From NCBI GenBank assembly GCA_024650005.2, contig CP122380.1:1520681-1560680 (forward strand): a DNA stretch of 40,000 bases, given 5' to 3'. The translations under genes were made by a program, and so were the position numbers. The number at the start of each line of letters is the position of its first letter. Positions within the stretch are counted from its first letter, which is position 1. Below the pieces are notes generated by a model, which was given only the letters and a program-made list of their open reading frames with translations, had not been told where the DNA came from and made no database searches. Positions 1 through 9,157 of the stretch are shown here, one piece after another. Source of the DNA: Candidatus Bathyarchaeum tardum (GTDB lineage: Archaea > Thermoproteota > Bathyarchaeia > Bathyarchaeales > Bathyarchaeaceae).

Positions 1-155
1 TTGCTAACTTGAGGATAAATCGAAATGGAACCATCTTGTTGCGTAAGTAAAGTAACTTTTTCTCCATGGTTTAGATGCAACTGGTCAGTCCAAGATTTTG
101 GAATTGAAACATAAAGAGTGTTGCCAATTTTTTGGATTTTTCTTGTTTCGGACAT
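1..155 (-). CDS. AbrB/SpoVT-type (swapped-hairpin) DNA-binding protein; N-terminal part only, since the gene runs off the window edge
   Basis: My own minus-strand translation from the ATG at 155..153 gives MSETRKIQKIGNTLYVSIPKSWTDQLHLNHGEKVTLLTQQDGSISIYPQVS. This is the RKIQKIGxSxYVSLPKxW...GdxV pattern of archaeal AbrB-family regulators. It is absent from the ORF track because it is truncated. Confidence 0.5.
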   Translation of the reverse strand, partial: MSETRKIQKIGNTLYVSIPKSWTDQLHLNHGEKVTLLTQQDGSISIYPQVS

Positions 156-323
156 TGAAATTCCCGTAAATTAAATTCTTTTAGCTTTGTTTAATCTGAT
201 TGGTTATACTTATATCTTTAGATAAAAAAATTAAATGTTACAGCTTAAGATTATAAAGGAAATTAACACAGAATTAAATCAAAATAGAACATAAAAAAAT
301 AAAAGTTAAAAAAATCGTTTGGG

Positions 324-1205
324 TTATTTGACTATTAGAACTGAACTTCTTGCATATATGCTTATGTCGTCACTTACGCTACCGAGCAAATATCGACCTA
401 CGGTACTTAAACCTCTGCTTCCTACTGCTATAATGTCAACGTTTGCTTTTTTTCCTACTTTGATAATAACTTCAGCAGGACTACCGAGTTCCATCATTTT
501 ATCGATTGGTAATCCTTCAGTTTTTTGTGAAGCATCTCTAAGGATACATTCACCAACAGTACCAAGACAATCAACGACCTGTGGTCCTCCAATACGAACT
601 AGTTTGTCTTCTTCAACATGCAACAGTGCTAAGCTTGCATTATATTTCTTTGCCAATTCAACAGAATAACTAAGGGCTTTTTCTGCATGTTTAGATCCAT
701 CAACAGCAACAAGTATTCGCTTAAGCTGTGGTTTTTTCTTAACTATGAGAACTGGACATACAGAATGCCTTGCAATTTTTTCAGTAACGCTTCCCAGAGA
801 ATATCGAGGAGACTGGCTGTCAGCCCGGTTTCCGATAACAACTAAATCGTATTTTTCTTTTTTAATAAACTCCAGCAAGAATTCTGCAGGGTCTTCATGG
901 GTGACTAGTTTAGCATCAACAACGATTTTTTTCTCTTCAAATAATTCTTTGGCGTTTTTTATGATCTTTTTACCAGCAGCCATGTAGGATTCGTCAAGTT
1001 TGTGTAAAATAGAATGAGGCAACTGATACTGGGCTTTGAGTTCAGGATGCATAAACTCATGGGAAATAACATGCACGACAGTTACTTTGGAATTGAATTT
1101 TTTAGCGATAGAAGAAGCAAAAAGTTTAGCATGAAGACACGAATGTGAACCATCAACGGGCACAAGAATTTTCTGAAAAATTTGTTGACTAGTCATTATT
1201 GTCAC
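324..1205 (-). CDS. Tandem universal stress protein (two UspA domains)
   Basis: Two USP units start at KILVPVDGSHS and RILVAVDGSKHAEKAL. Each ends in a G-x2-G-x9-G(S/T) nucleotide-binding motif (GNRADSQSPRYSLGSVTEKI and GSRGLSTVGRYLLGSVSDDI). Confidence 0.8.
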   Translation of the reverse strand: MTIMTSQQIFQKILVPVDGSHSCLHAKLFASSIAKKFNSKVTVVHVISHEFMHPELKAQYQLPHSILHKLDESYMAAGKKIIKNAKELFEEKKIVVDAKLVTHEDPAEFLLEFIKKEKYDLVVIGNRADSQSPRYSLGSVTEKIARHSVCPVLIVKKKPQLKRILVAVDGSKHAEKALSYSVELAKKYNASLALLHVEEDKLVRIGGPQVVDCLGTVGECILRDASQKTEGLPIDKMMELGSPAEVIIKVGKKANVDIIAVGSRGLSTVGRYLLGSVSDDISIYARSSVLIVK

Positions 1206-1261
1206 ACTTACATCTAAATTCTAATGTGTATTTTAACTTTCTTGGCACAAAAATGGGCAAA

Positions 1262-2767
1262 CTAGGAACGGCCACTCAGTATGTGCCTAAGATCAGTTGT
1301 TGTTAATACTCCAAGGATTTTTTTGGGATTAGATTCTTCAACAACTGCAATTCGTCCAATTTCGTAGGTTCTCATCTTTTTGAAAGCATCTAAAGCATGC
1401 TCTTTAGGGTAACAGACAACAGGGTCATCGTGAGCAATGTCCCTGACCAAAATTTCGTTCCGTTTAGCTTTCTCAACTTTTGCAGCATCTTGCAAAGTTA
1501 CAACCCCTACAAAGTCCCCATTTTCATCTACAACTGGATAGCCAGTGTAATGATACTTTGCCATGAAATCCAAAAGTTGACTAACTGTCAAATTCGGAGA
1601 TACAGTTTGTAGTTTTTTAGTCATAACATCTTCAACGTTATACTTGGATAGAATAGCTATTTCGTTCAAAGGCTTGGTAGGAACAGGAACATATGCTTGT
1701 TTCATGTCGTTTAGTTCTTTGATGGCAGTTCGTCTTTTTTGTTGGGCTGCTTCGATAACTTGAGCAAAAGCATCGGGTTCAAGCTCGATTACTCCAGTAT
1801 TAATCACGCCTGCTTCAACTGCAGAATAGAAAAAGTTCTCTCCTGCTTTTGTTCTAATTATAACTGTAGACCATTCCTTTAGAGGATACGCAGTTCCAAC
1901 TGAAATGTCTGCAAGCTCTGAAGTAAAATCTGTACAAGTTTCACAGCTGGTCAAAATGTTTGGTTTAACTTCAGAAAGGGGAACAATTATTGTTTCTTTG
2001 TCTGTTTTCACATAAAGCTTATCAACGATGTCTAAACGTTTGATGTCATCTTGGTCAAGATTGTATTTTTCTTTAAGATATTTCAGCATACTACCAAAAG
2101 AAAGGGTCCAAAAACAGAAAAGACCAATGATTACTTTCAGGTTTCCTGAAATTCTGTGTTCCCAAGCTTCAAGTTTACGTAAAGCCAAAACGTGACAAGG
2201 TACCCCAACAAAGGCAATGTTACCTTTTCCGTATTCGTAAACTGCACTTCCGTATGCTCGGGCAACTGATGATGGAAAGAATTTACTTCCAACAGCTGCA
2301 AAAATGTCGTCTGGAACAACACCAACTAGTGCTTTGGGTTTAATGGGAACGTCAGTTTCCGCTTGAGAGACAATTGCACTATCAATAATCCCAGTATCTA
2401 TGGCATTTGTTAGAAGAGTGGTAACAACTCCACCGCCATGACCAAGTTTTCTTAGTTCGGGGTCTGCGGCTTGGGCAAGCAAAATTTTTCGGTAGTAGCC
2501 TAAGCCTTCTCGTTTTGTGGGTGAGTCAGAAACAAACTTGAGTGTAGCACGCATAAGGGTGTCAGAATGGGGACAAATCTCAAAACAGATTGGACAAGAT
2601 CCTATATGTTCTGAGCAATCAAAATGTTCCACTTTTCCGTCTCCAACGGTTATTGCGTGAACAGGGCATGCGGCTTCACAGGCTCCGCAGAAGGTGCAAA
2701 AACCAGAATTAATGATTTTACTTTCTAAATCATTGTATGCTATTGCATTTTCCTTTTTTGTTGCCAA
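1262..2767 (-). CDS. FrhB/FpoF-family flavo-iron-sulfur protein with an N-terminal 2x[4Fe-4S] ferredoxin domain and a C-terminal CBS-domain pair
   Basis: Cys clusters CTFCGACEAACP and CPICFEICP. FrhB-like core GHGGGVVTTLL...GVPCHVLALRKL. The C-terminal ~125 aa reads as two CBS repeats (VEDVMTKKLQTVSP...GYPVVDENGDFVGVVT; VRDIAHDDPVVCYP...IGRIAVVEESNPKKILGVLTTTD). It starts 50 nt downstream of the NuoN-like gene on the same strand. Confidence 0.75.
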   Translation of the reverse strand: MATKKENAIAYNDLESKIINSGFCTFCGACEAACPVHAITVGDGKVEHFDCSEHIGSCPICFEICPHSDTLMRATLKFVSDSPTKREGLGYYRKILLAQAADPELRKLGHGGGVVTTLLTNAIDTGIIDSAIVSQAETDVPIKPKALVGVVPDDIFAAVGSKFFPSSVARAYGSAVYEYGKGNIAFVGVPCHVLALRKLEAWEHRISGNLKVIIGLFCFWTLSFGSMLKYLKEKYNLDQDDIKRLDIVDKLYVKTDKETIIVPLSEVKPNILTSCETCTDFTSELADISVGTAYPLKEWSTVIIRTKAGENFFYSAVEAGVINTGVIELEPDAFAQVIEAAQQKRRTAIKELNDMKQAYVPVPTKPLNEIAILSKYNVEDVMTKKLQTVSPNLTVSQLLDFMAKYHYTGYPVVDENGDFVGVVTLQDAAKVEKAKRNEILVRDIAHDDPVVCYPKEHALDAFKKMRTYEIGRIAVVEESNPKKILGVLTTTDLRHILSGRS

Positions 2768-2817
2768 TCAATTCCCCACCATTATTTTGTATGTGATTTT
2801 TAGTTAAGATTTTTGGG

Positions 2818-4299
2818 TTACACCGGCAACGATGTAGCAACCGATGAAACCAAACTCAATGCCAAATCTGGGAACAACCCCAGAACAACTATTATGACGA
2901 CTAAACAGTATATTGGAATGAGCAACTTTTTGGGTTCTTCAATAGGTAAATCACTTTTTGCTGGTTTACCGTAGAAATAATGGATTACGCGTAAGAAATA
3001 TGCAGATTGAAGAACAGACGTCAACACACCAACTATAGCTAACCATGAAACGCTTGATTGCAAAACAGATGTAAATACCATGTATTTTGCGATAAATCCT
3101 GCGAAAAGGGGCACACCCGAGAAAGACAAGGCTGCACATATAAATGCTAGACTTGTGAGGGGCATTCGTCGTCCCATACCAGACATGTCTTCTAATGTTT
3201 CAAAGCCGTTGTTTCTGAAAACTCCAATTACCATGAAGGCCAAAGCAGTTTCTAGTGCTGCAACAAAGAAAAAGAACAAGTTGCCCATAAGACCAATAGA
3301 AGTTATACTTGTAATGGCTATTAGGTTGTAGCCAATATCTGCGATGCAAACATAGGAAATCATTCTTTTTACGTTTTGTTGGGCTAGGGCGAACATGTTT
3401 CCTGCAATCATTGTAATTGCAGAGAAAACGGCCACAGTAAATCTCCAATCAATAACTGCTGTGGGGGTCAAGATAAACAACAAAACCCGCAGGATTACGT
3501 AGTAGCTGCCTTGGTCCACAATGGCAGACAAGAAAGCTGAACCAGAGTCAGGAGCAGCAGTGTAAGCGTCAGGCATCCACATGTGAAAAGGAACAATTGC
3601 GGTTTCGATTGCATAGCCTGCAACAATGAAAGAAAATGCTATCAACAAAAGTGTTGGATTAGAAGTAGTTAACAGAACTTCTTTAACGGTCCAAAAGTTC
3701 AGAGAACCTGTCATACCATAAATTAATGATAACCCGTAAAGTGTGAAACCAGAAGCTATGATAACCATAACCAGATACTTCAATGCAGACTCTAAGGATT
3801 CACGAGATTTTCTGTAAGCCACAATGAAACATGCACCTGCAGCGGCAGCTTCCCAAAATATGAAAAGGGTTAGCAGATCACCTGAAAAGGTAGCTGCAAC
3901 TACAGCTCCAGTTACCATAAGCAATAGGGCATAGTATCTTTCAGATAAATTCTCTTTTGAATTAACGTGCAACACGCCATAAATGCAAGAAATGGATCCC
4001 ACTACCATGTAGGCAATTACCATGTAAACTGAGACCGCATCAATGAGAAAACTGCTAGATATGGAAGCAAATATAGTGTCACCCGAAGAAACTTGTATGA
4101 AAGCTTCAGGTTGACTGTAAAATTCAGTTGCTATTTGATAAACTCCCATTGATGCAGCAGCGAATGTGAGCAGTATCCAAACTACCATGAAGTGTTGTGA
4201 GTTAATTCTAGTTTTTCTCACTATACGCAGAAGAGGTACAGTGAGTAAAGCACAAATCGTAAAGACTATTGTTGGCAATAGAACGTCGACAATATTCAT
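2818..4299 (-). CDS. Antiporter-like membrane subunit (NuoN/MrpD-like)
   Basis: Polytopic 493-aa protein carrying the proton-antiporter motif VPFHMWMPDAYTAAPDSGSAFLS. Occupies the last position of the complex-I-like operon. Confidence 0.8.
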   Translation of the reverse strand: MNIVDVLLPTIVFTICALLTVPLLRIVRKTRINSQHFMVVWILLTFAAASMGVYQIATEFYSQPEAFIQVSSGDTIFASISSSFLIDAVSVYMVIAYMVVGSISCIYGVLHVNSKENLSERYYALLLMVTGAVVAATFSGDLLTLFIFWEAAAAGACFIVAYRKSRESLESALKYLVMVIIASGFTLYGLSLIYGMTGSLNFWTVKEVLLTTSNPTLLLIAFSFIVAGYAIETAIVPFHMWMPDAYTAAPDSGSAFLSAIVDQGSYYVILRVLLFILTPTAVIDWRFTVAVFSAITMIAGNMFALAQQNVKRMISYVCIADIGYNLIAITSITSIGLMGNLFFFFVAALETALAFMVIGVFRNNGFETLEDMSGMGRRMPLTSLAFICAALSFSGVPLFAGFIAKYMVFTSVLQSSVSWLAIVGVLTSVLQSAYFLRVIHYFYGKPAKSDLPIEEPKKLLIPIYCLVVIIVVLGLFPDLALSLVSSVATSLPV

Positions 4300-4312
4300 T
4301 GTTTTTGCCTCT

Positions 4313-5830
4313 TTACAATATTGAAGTAACAGCGTGGATTAGGTCGATAAAGATTCCCGGATAAATACCAAGCAACACAACAAATGCTGCCAATGCAACC
4401 ATCGAAATTGTAATCCAGATTTTTGGGTCTTGGGTTTTATTCTTGTTTTCATCTTCGTCCAGTTCAGCGTCAGAGTGTGCAAAGTGAATTGGTTTTTCAG
4501 GGGCTGCTAAGAATACTTTCCAGAAATACCGCAAGACATAACCAAGACTGAAAACAGTTGCAATGAGCATCAGAATAGTTGGCAAGTAATAGGATGCGTC
4601 TGCTCCAGCTGCACCAACAGCTCCAACAAAAATGTGGAACTCGCTTATGAAACAGGCAAACGGAGGAATGCCCCCGATGCTAAAAGCAGCAATTGCAGAA
4701 CATATGGCAGTTATGGGCATCTTTGATGCTAAACCGCCCATTTCTTTGATGTTACGTACACCTGTTTGATGCATTACTGCACCTGCAGTTAAGAACAAAA
4801 GGCCTTTGCTTGCAGAGTGGTTAACTAAATGGAGTACACCTCCAGTGATTCCTTCAGTATTAGGAAACAAAGATAAAGCAAACAAGGTGTAGCCCATGTG
4901 GCTAATGCTTGAGTATGCGATTATTCGTTTGATGTCTGTTTCTGCAATAGCAAGGAAAGACCCATAAAACGCGGATATAACTCCAAAGAAACTCAGCACA
5001 AGCAAGATTTGGTTTCCTGCGTTAGGTATGGCTGTGTAAACTGTTCCAAGAGCTATTCTTAGAATTGCGTATCCTCCAGCACCTATTATTACTCCACTGA
5101 GAAGGGCAGACATGGGTGCGGGAGCTTCACCGTGGGCGTCAGGAAGCCACATATGAAGGGGAACAATGGCCATTTTTACTGCGAATCCTGCAATAAAGGA
5201 AATTAGAATCCAAGTTAGAATTGCAGGGTCTTTTGAAGCAAGTAAGACTTGTGCTTCAAATATGTCAAGGGTGCCAGTTAGCATGTAGATGGCGCCGATG
5301 CCCAGAAGTACGAAGATTGCTCCAGCATGTGTAAATATGAAGAATTTGAAGGCTGTTTTGAAAGAGTCCCTGTAGCCCCATCCTCCGATGATGAAGTACG
5401 TAGGAACAAGCATGAGTTCCCAACAGAAATAGAAGAGCAACAGGTTAGAGGTAATGAAAACTCCAATCAGTCCGATAGTAAGCAAACTTAGTAACGCGTA
5501 ATATTGTGGAAGCGAGCTTTTTTCTTCCATGTAATTAATTGAGTAAATTACACAGGCTGCAACAAGTATCAATGTTGCAATGGTTAAAGACAAACTGATA
5601 CCGTCAACAAAAAGCGTGAAATCTGAACCTAATGTGGGAATCCAAGTGTAAGATTCAACGTATGCACCTTCGTCAAGAACAGTCGGTACTAAAGTTAAAA
5701 GCATCGACAAGCTAGCTATTGAAATTAAAGCTAAGAAAAGTGCACCAATTTTTGCAGATTTTTTACCAATGCCAAATACTACTGGAATAGCCAGAGCAGG
5801 CAAGATCAAAGCGATTAATAGTGTTTGCAT
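4313..5830 (-). CDS. Antiporter-like membrane subunit (NuoM/MrpD-like)
   Basis: 505-aa polytopic protein with the motif VPLHMWLPDAHGEAPAPMSALLSGV, typical of NuoM/NuoN/MrpD. Confidence 0.8.
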   Translation of the reverse strand: MQTLLIALILPALAIPVVFGIGKKSAKIGALFLALISIASLSMLLTLVPTVLDEGAYVESYTWIPTLGSDFTLFVDGISLSLTIATLILVAACVIYSINYMEEKSSLPQYYALLSLLTIGLIGVFITSNLLLFYFCWELMLVPTYFIIGGWGYRDSFKTAFKFFIFTHAGAIFVLLGIGAIYMLTGTLDIFEAQVLLASKDPAILTWILISFIAGFAVKMAIVPLHMWLPDAHGEAPAPMSALLSGVIIGAGGYAILRIALGTVYTAIPNAGNQILLVLSFFGVISAFYGSFLAIAETDIKRIIAYSSISHMGYTLFALSLFPNTEGITGGVLHLVNHSASKGLLFLTAGAVMHQTGVRNIKEMGGLASKMPITAICSAIAAFSIGGIPPFACFISEFHIFVGAVGAAGADASYYLPTILMLIATVFSLGYVLRYFWKVFLAAPEKPIHFAHSDAELDEDENKNKTQDPKIWITISMVALAAFVVLLGIYPGIFIDLIHAVTSIL

Positions 5831-5836
5831 TTTGTT

Positions 5837-7945
5837 TTACCTCAAAGATGTAAATAATAACAATATTACGATTATGATGAACCCAATTGCAGCTGCCAAA
5901 ACAAAGTCTGGTAGGTGTCCTCGATGAATTTTCTTTAGTTTCTCGCCTTGTTTGACGGTGGTTCCAGCAAACAGATAGACCATTTTATTTAGGAAAGTGT
6001 CAATTGTTTCGTGGGTTACTCGGGCTGTTTTTACTGTTCCACCTGCTAGAATGTAACAGAAACGGTCAAGGAAAGCATCAAGATTTTCAAGAGTTTTATT
6101 AGCAATAACCACAGCAACCCCTGCAATAATGTACACGAACCTATCAAGGAAAGATTCAACATAGTTCAAGGTGCCAAGGACGAGTTTTGAAGCTACACCT
6201 GCAACAGCATATGGAAATTTTTGTATTGCAGCTGTTTCAACAAATTTGAACATGAAATGTGACAACCCCATTATTCCATTCAATATTTTATTGTAAACGG
6301 CATCAAAATAGTAACCATTAGATGTAACCAGATAAAATGGATGGTTTAAAAGACTTCTTGAGAAAATCAACGAAGTTGAGCGCCGTTTGTAGTAAAGATA
6401 GTAAGCTGTAGGAATTGCAATCGCAAGAATAACTGCTGAAGTTTCGCTAGCCAAAAGCACTCCGGTTGTTGAAATTTCTGCATGTATTTGCAGATAGTGT
6501 TCAAGGGGTGCTTTGAAAAAGCCCATAATACATGAAGCAGCAGCCAATATGATGAGGGGCACATAGATTATTGGTTTTGGATCATGAAAGTGGTGGTCAG
6601 CTAGAAATTCAGAGCGTTTTCCAAGGAAAACTTTGCAGATCCAGCGTATGCTGTAGATTGCTGTTAGTAAAGATGTTCCAAAGATTAGTATGAACAAAGG
6701 AATGTTGTTGGCTTGAATTATGGCTTCAAAGATTGTGTCTTTACTCCAGAAGCCACTGAAAGGTGGAATTCCTGCAAGTGAGAAGGCTCCAATAACGCTT
6801 ACGATGAAGGTTATAGGCATTGCTTTTCGTAGTCCACCTAAATGGTTCAGTTCAAGGGTGTGAGTGGCGTGCATTACAACACCGGCACAAAGGAACAAAA
6901 GTGATTTGAAAAGGGCGTGACTAATTACGTGGAATTGGCTCGCGAACCATCCAAGTTCGGTCCCAATTCCCAGAGCGGACATTATCATACCCAGTTGGCT
7001 TATGGTTGAAAATGCCAAAACTCGTTTCATGTCTGAGCTGGTTAAAGCCATTGTTGCTGCAAGAAATGCTGTGATTCCTCCAACATATGTGATGGTTGTT
7101 AACCATGGCGTAACAAATGAGAACAGAATGTAGATTCTTGCCACAAGATAGATTCCGGCTTTTACCATTGTTGCACCATGAATTAGGGCACTTGTTGGAG
7201 TGGGTCCTTCCATGGCGTTTGGCAACCACACATGCAATGGAACTTGGGCAGATTTGCCGACCGCTCCAATCAACATTAAAATGGATATTGCTAATGCAGG
7301 AACTGATACTTGTCCGGCAAGTATTAGTTCTTTTATTTCAAGGAAGTTGAAAGTGCCCGTGTTTACGTATAGTATCAGTATTCCGAGTAACAGAAAGATA
7401 TCTCCGACACGAGTTACAATGAATGCTTTCATGCCAGCTTTTGCGGCTTCTGTTCTGTTGTACCAGAATCCAATAAGGGAGTATGAACAGAGTCCAACGG
7501 TTTCCCAGAAGAAATACATCTGCAAGAGGTTGTTAGCCATTACTAAACCAAGCATTCCTCCGATGAAAAGGAGCATGAAGAAAAAGAATCGGGGTGTTGC
7601 TTTTTCTTTTTCCATGTAGTTTACTGAGTAAATCATGATCAGCAAACCAATACAGGCTGCGATGTTTGCCATCATAGTGCTTAAAGGATCGATAAGAACG
7701 CTAGCGTCAATGCCCATGGCAGGCATCCAAGGTATAGAAAACACCTCGGCTTCACCATGACCATTCAGAACGCCAGAGAGTAATGACAGGGTATTTATTA
7801 CTGAAATCGCAGTTACAAAAACTGCGTACCATCCAACCCATTTTCGGCGAAGTTTAGCAACTAAAGGTACAAACAGTGCAGCAAGAAAAGGAATTCCCCA
7901 ACATAACCATGCAGCGTACTCTACAGGAACAAACACGTTAAGCAT
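5837..7945 (-). CDS. Antiporter-like membrane subunit with a long C-terminal extension (NuoL/MrpA-like)
   Basis: 702 aa with the motif VPLHVWLPNAMEGPTPTSALIHGATMVKAG. The C-terminal ~130 aa has repeated FLDRFxYxxAG units ending in a final TM helix, consistent with the NuoL lateral-helix region. Overlaps the upstream K-like gene by 8 nt. Confidence 0.85.
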   Translation of the reverse strand: MLNVFVPVEYAAWLCWGIPFLAALFVPLVAKLRRKWVGWYAVFVTAISVINTLSLLSGVLNGHGEAEVFSIPWMPAMGIDASVLIDPLSTMMANIAACIGLLIMIYSVNYMEKEKATPRFFFFMLLFIGGMLGLVMANNLLQMYFFWETVGLCSYSLIGFWYNRTEAAKAGMKAFIVTRVGDIFLLLGILILYVNTGTFNFLEIKELILAGQVSVPALAISILMLIGAVGKSAQVPLHVWLPNAMEGPTPTSALIHGATMVKAGIYLVARIYILFSFVTPWLTTITYVGGITAFLAATMALTSSDMKRVLAFSTISQLGMIMSALGIGTELGWFASQFHVISHALFKSLLFLCAGVVMHATHTLELNHLGGLRKAMPITFIVSVIGAFSLAGIPPFSGFWSKDTIFEAIIQANNIPLFILIFGTSLLTAIYSIRWICKVFLGKRSEFLADHHFHDPKPIIYVPLIILAAASCIMGFFKAPLEHYLQIHAEISTTGVLLASETSAVILAIAIPTAYYLYYKRRSTSLIFSRSLLNHPFYLVTSNGYYFDAVYNKILNGIMGLSHFMFKFVETAAIQKFPYAVAGVASKLVLGTLNYVESFLDRFVYIIAGVAVVIANKTLENLDAFLDRFCYILAGGTVKTARVTHETIDTFLNKMVYLFAGTTVKQGEKLKKIHRGHLPDFVLAAAIGFIIIVILLLFTSLR

Positions 7946-8270
7946 CCTCCTTTACTTGTTGTTTGTTTTGTTCCGTTTCTTCATCATTTGCTTCTGATAG
8001 GTCTCGAACGTTACTGATGTTTAGTTTTTTGTAAATTGTAATAGCAAGGGCAAGGGCAACTGCAGTTACGCAAGCGTCAACAGACAATGCAAGTATCAAA
8101 AAAGCTTGACCTAAAGAGTTGTCCATTAAAGAGCCGAATACAACAAAATTCATTGTTGCCGCTGCGGTAATCATTTCTATTGCAATTAGCATTTTGATTA
8201 GATCATGTTTTGTGACCAACCCGATTATTCCAATTGCCAGAAGAGTAACAGAAAGAATGATGTAATCCAT
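7938..8270 (-). CDS. Small membrane subunit (NuoK/MrpC-like)
   Basis: 110 aa, three predicted TM helices, IGIIGLVTKHDLIKMLIAIEMITAAATMNFVVF resembles NuoK/MnhC. Abuts the preceding gene with no gap (8270/8271). Confidence 0.7.
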   Translation of the reverse strand: MDYIILSVTLLAIGIIGLVTKHDLIKMLIAIEMITAAATMNFVVFGSLMDNSLGQAFLILALSVDACVTAVALALAITIYKKLNISNVRDLSEANDEETEQNKQQVKEDA

Positions 8271-8735
8271 CTATTTTTTCCTCCGTTCTTCGCGCAGCAG
8301 GAGAATTACACCAATTGCAGCAGTTAGTACAACTAAACCTTGAGCAAGAACGTCAATACCCCTCAAGTCCCAGATTGTTTGGGATAAAGAAATCTCCATT
8401 GATTGGATGGAAAAGTCTGTTTCCACGGTTCCAATAAGCATTGGAACACAAAGAACCAAAGAGGCAATTATCGCCAAAAACTTAGTTTTCAGGGATGTTT
8501 TTGCATCACGTTCAGTCGTTAAAGTATCACCAGCCAACAAGAAAATTGCGGCAGTTCCTGTGCCCAGTGCCAATTGGAAAATTGCAGCAAGGGGTGCATT
8601 TAAGTTGAAGTATAACAGGGCAAGTAAAAGCATCAGTGTGCTTAAGGACAAAACTGAAGCAATTGTTTCTTTAAGGTAAATCGCGAAAACTGCGGAAGTT
8701 ATAATGCCAATAGCGAGAAATGTTTCAAACAACAT
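8271..8735 (-). CDS. Membrane subunit in the NuoJ position, with an MrpB/MbhE-like signature
   Basis: 154-aa hydrophobic protein. Its C-terminal IWDLRGIDVLAQGLVVLTAAIGVILLLRE resembles the MnhB-family motif (dfRGfDTLgE..V). Family assignment between NuoJ and MrpB/MbhDE is uncertain. Confidence 0.55.
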   Translation of the reverse strand: MLFETFLAIGIITSAVFAIYLKETIASVLSLSTLMLLLALLYFNLNAPLAAIFQLALGTGTAAIFLLAGDTLTTERDAKTSLKTKFLAIIASLVLCVPMLIGTVETDFSIQSMEISLSQTIWDLRGIDVLAQGLVVLTAAIGVILLLREERRKK

Positions 8736-9157
8736 TATTTTGTTCCCCCTTGTGATGCAGGTTTTCGTGCAGGCAAAAATTCTTCTGGATTTACTAACAT
8801 GTCTTTTGTTTCTGTGGTTGACATCTCATAATTTGTAGATAGTTCTATTGCAGTTCTTGGGCAAGTTTCTGCACATTGGTAACAGAATATGCAACGATCA
8901 AGGAAAAATTTTGGCATCCGTTTTCCAGAAACTTCTACAAGCTCGATAGCTTTTGCAGGGCAGTCGCGTTCACATAGACCACAACTGATGCATTTTATTG
9001 GGTCAAAGGTGTGTCGACCACGGTATCCTTCAGGTGCTTGTACGGAGACAAATGGATACTCACGAGTAAAGGGCTTCTTGAAGAGACACGAGCCCATGTC
9101 TTTTATCAACGCTGGAAATCTTCGTTTTTTTGGCACAGCTTTTCCTCCGTTAACCAA
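8735..9157 (-). CDS. 2x[4Fe-4S] ferredoxin-type subunit (NuoI/HycF-like)
   Basis: Two CxxCxxCxxxCP motifs: CISCGLCERDCP and CIFCYQCAETCP. Overlaps neighbours by 1 nt and 8 nt. Confidence 0.8.
   Translation of the reverse strand: MVNGGKAVPKKRRFPALIKDMGSCLFKKPFTREYPFVSVQAPEGYRGRHTFDPIKCISCGLCERDCPAKAIELVEVSGKRMPKFFLDRCIFCYQCAETCPRTAIELSTNYEMSTTETKDMLVNPEEFLPARKPASQGGTK

Noticed and set aside
5935-6220. Four roughly 26-aa repeats (…FLDRFVYIIAGVAV…) at the C-terminus of the L-like subunit, considered as a novel repeat domain.
   Set aside because: This region of NuoL/FpoL-type subunits normally shows similar internally repetitive amphipathic sequence (the lateral-helix region), so it is expected and not new.
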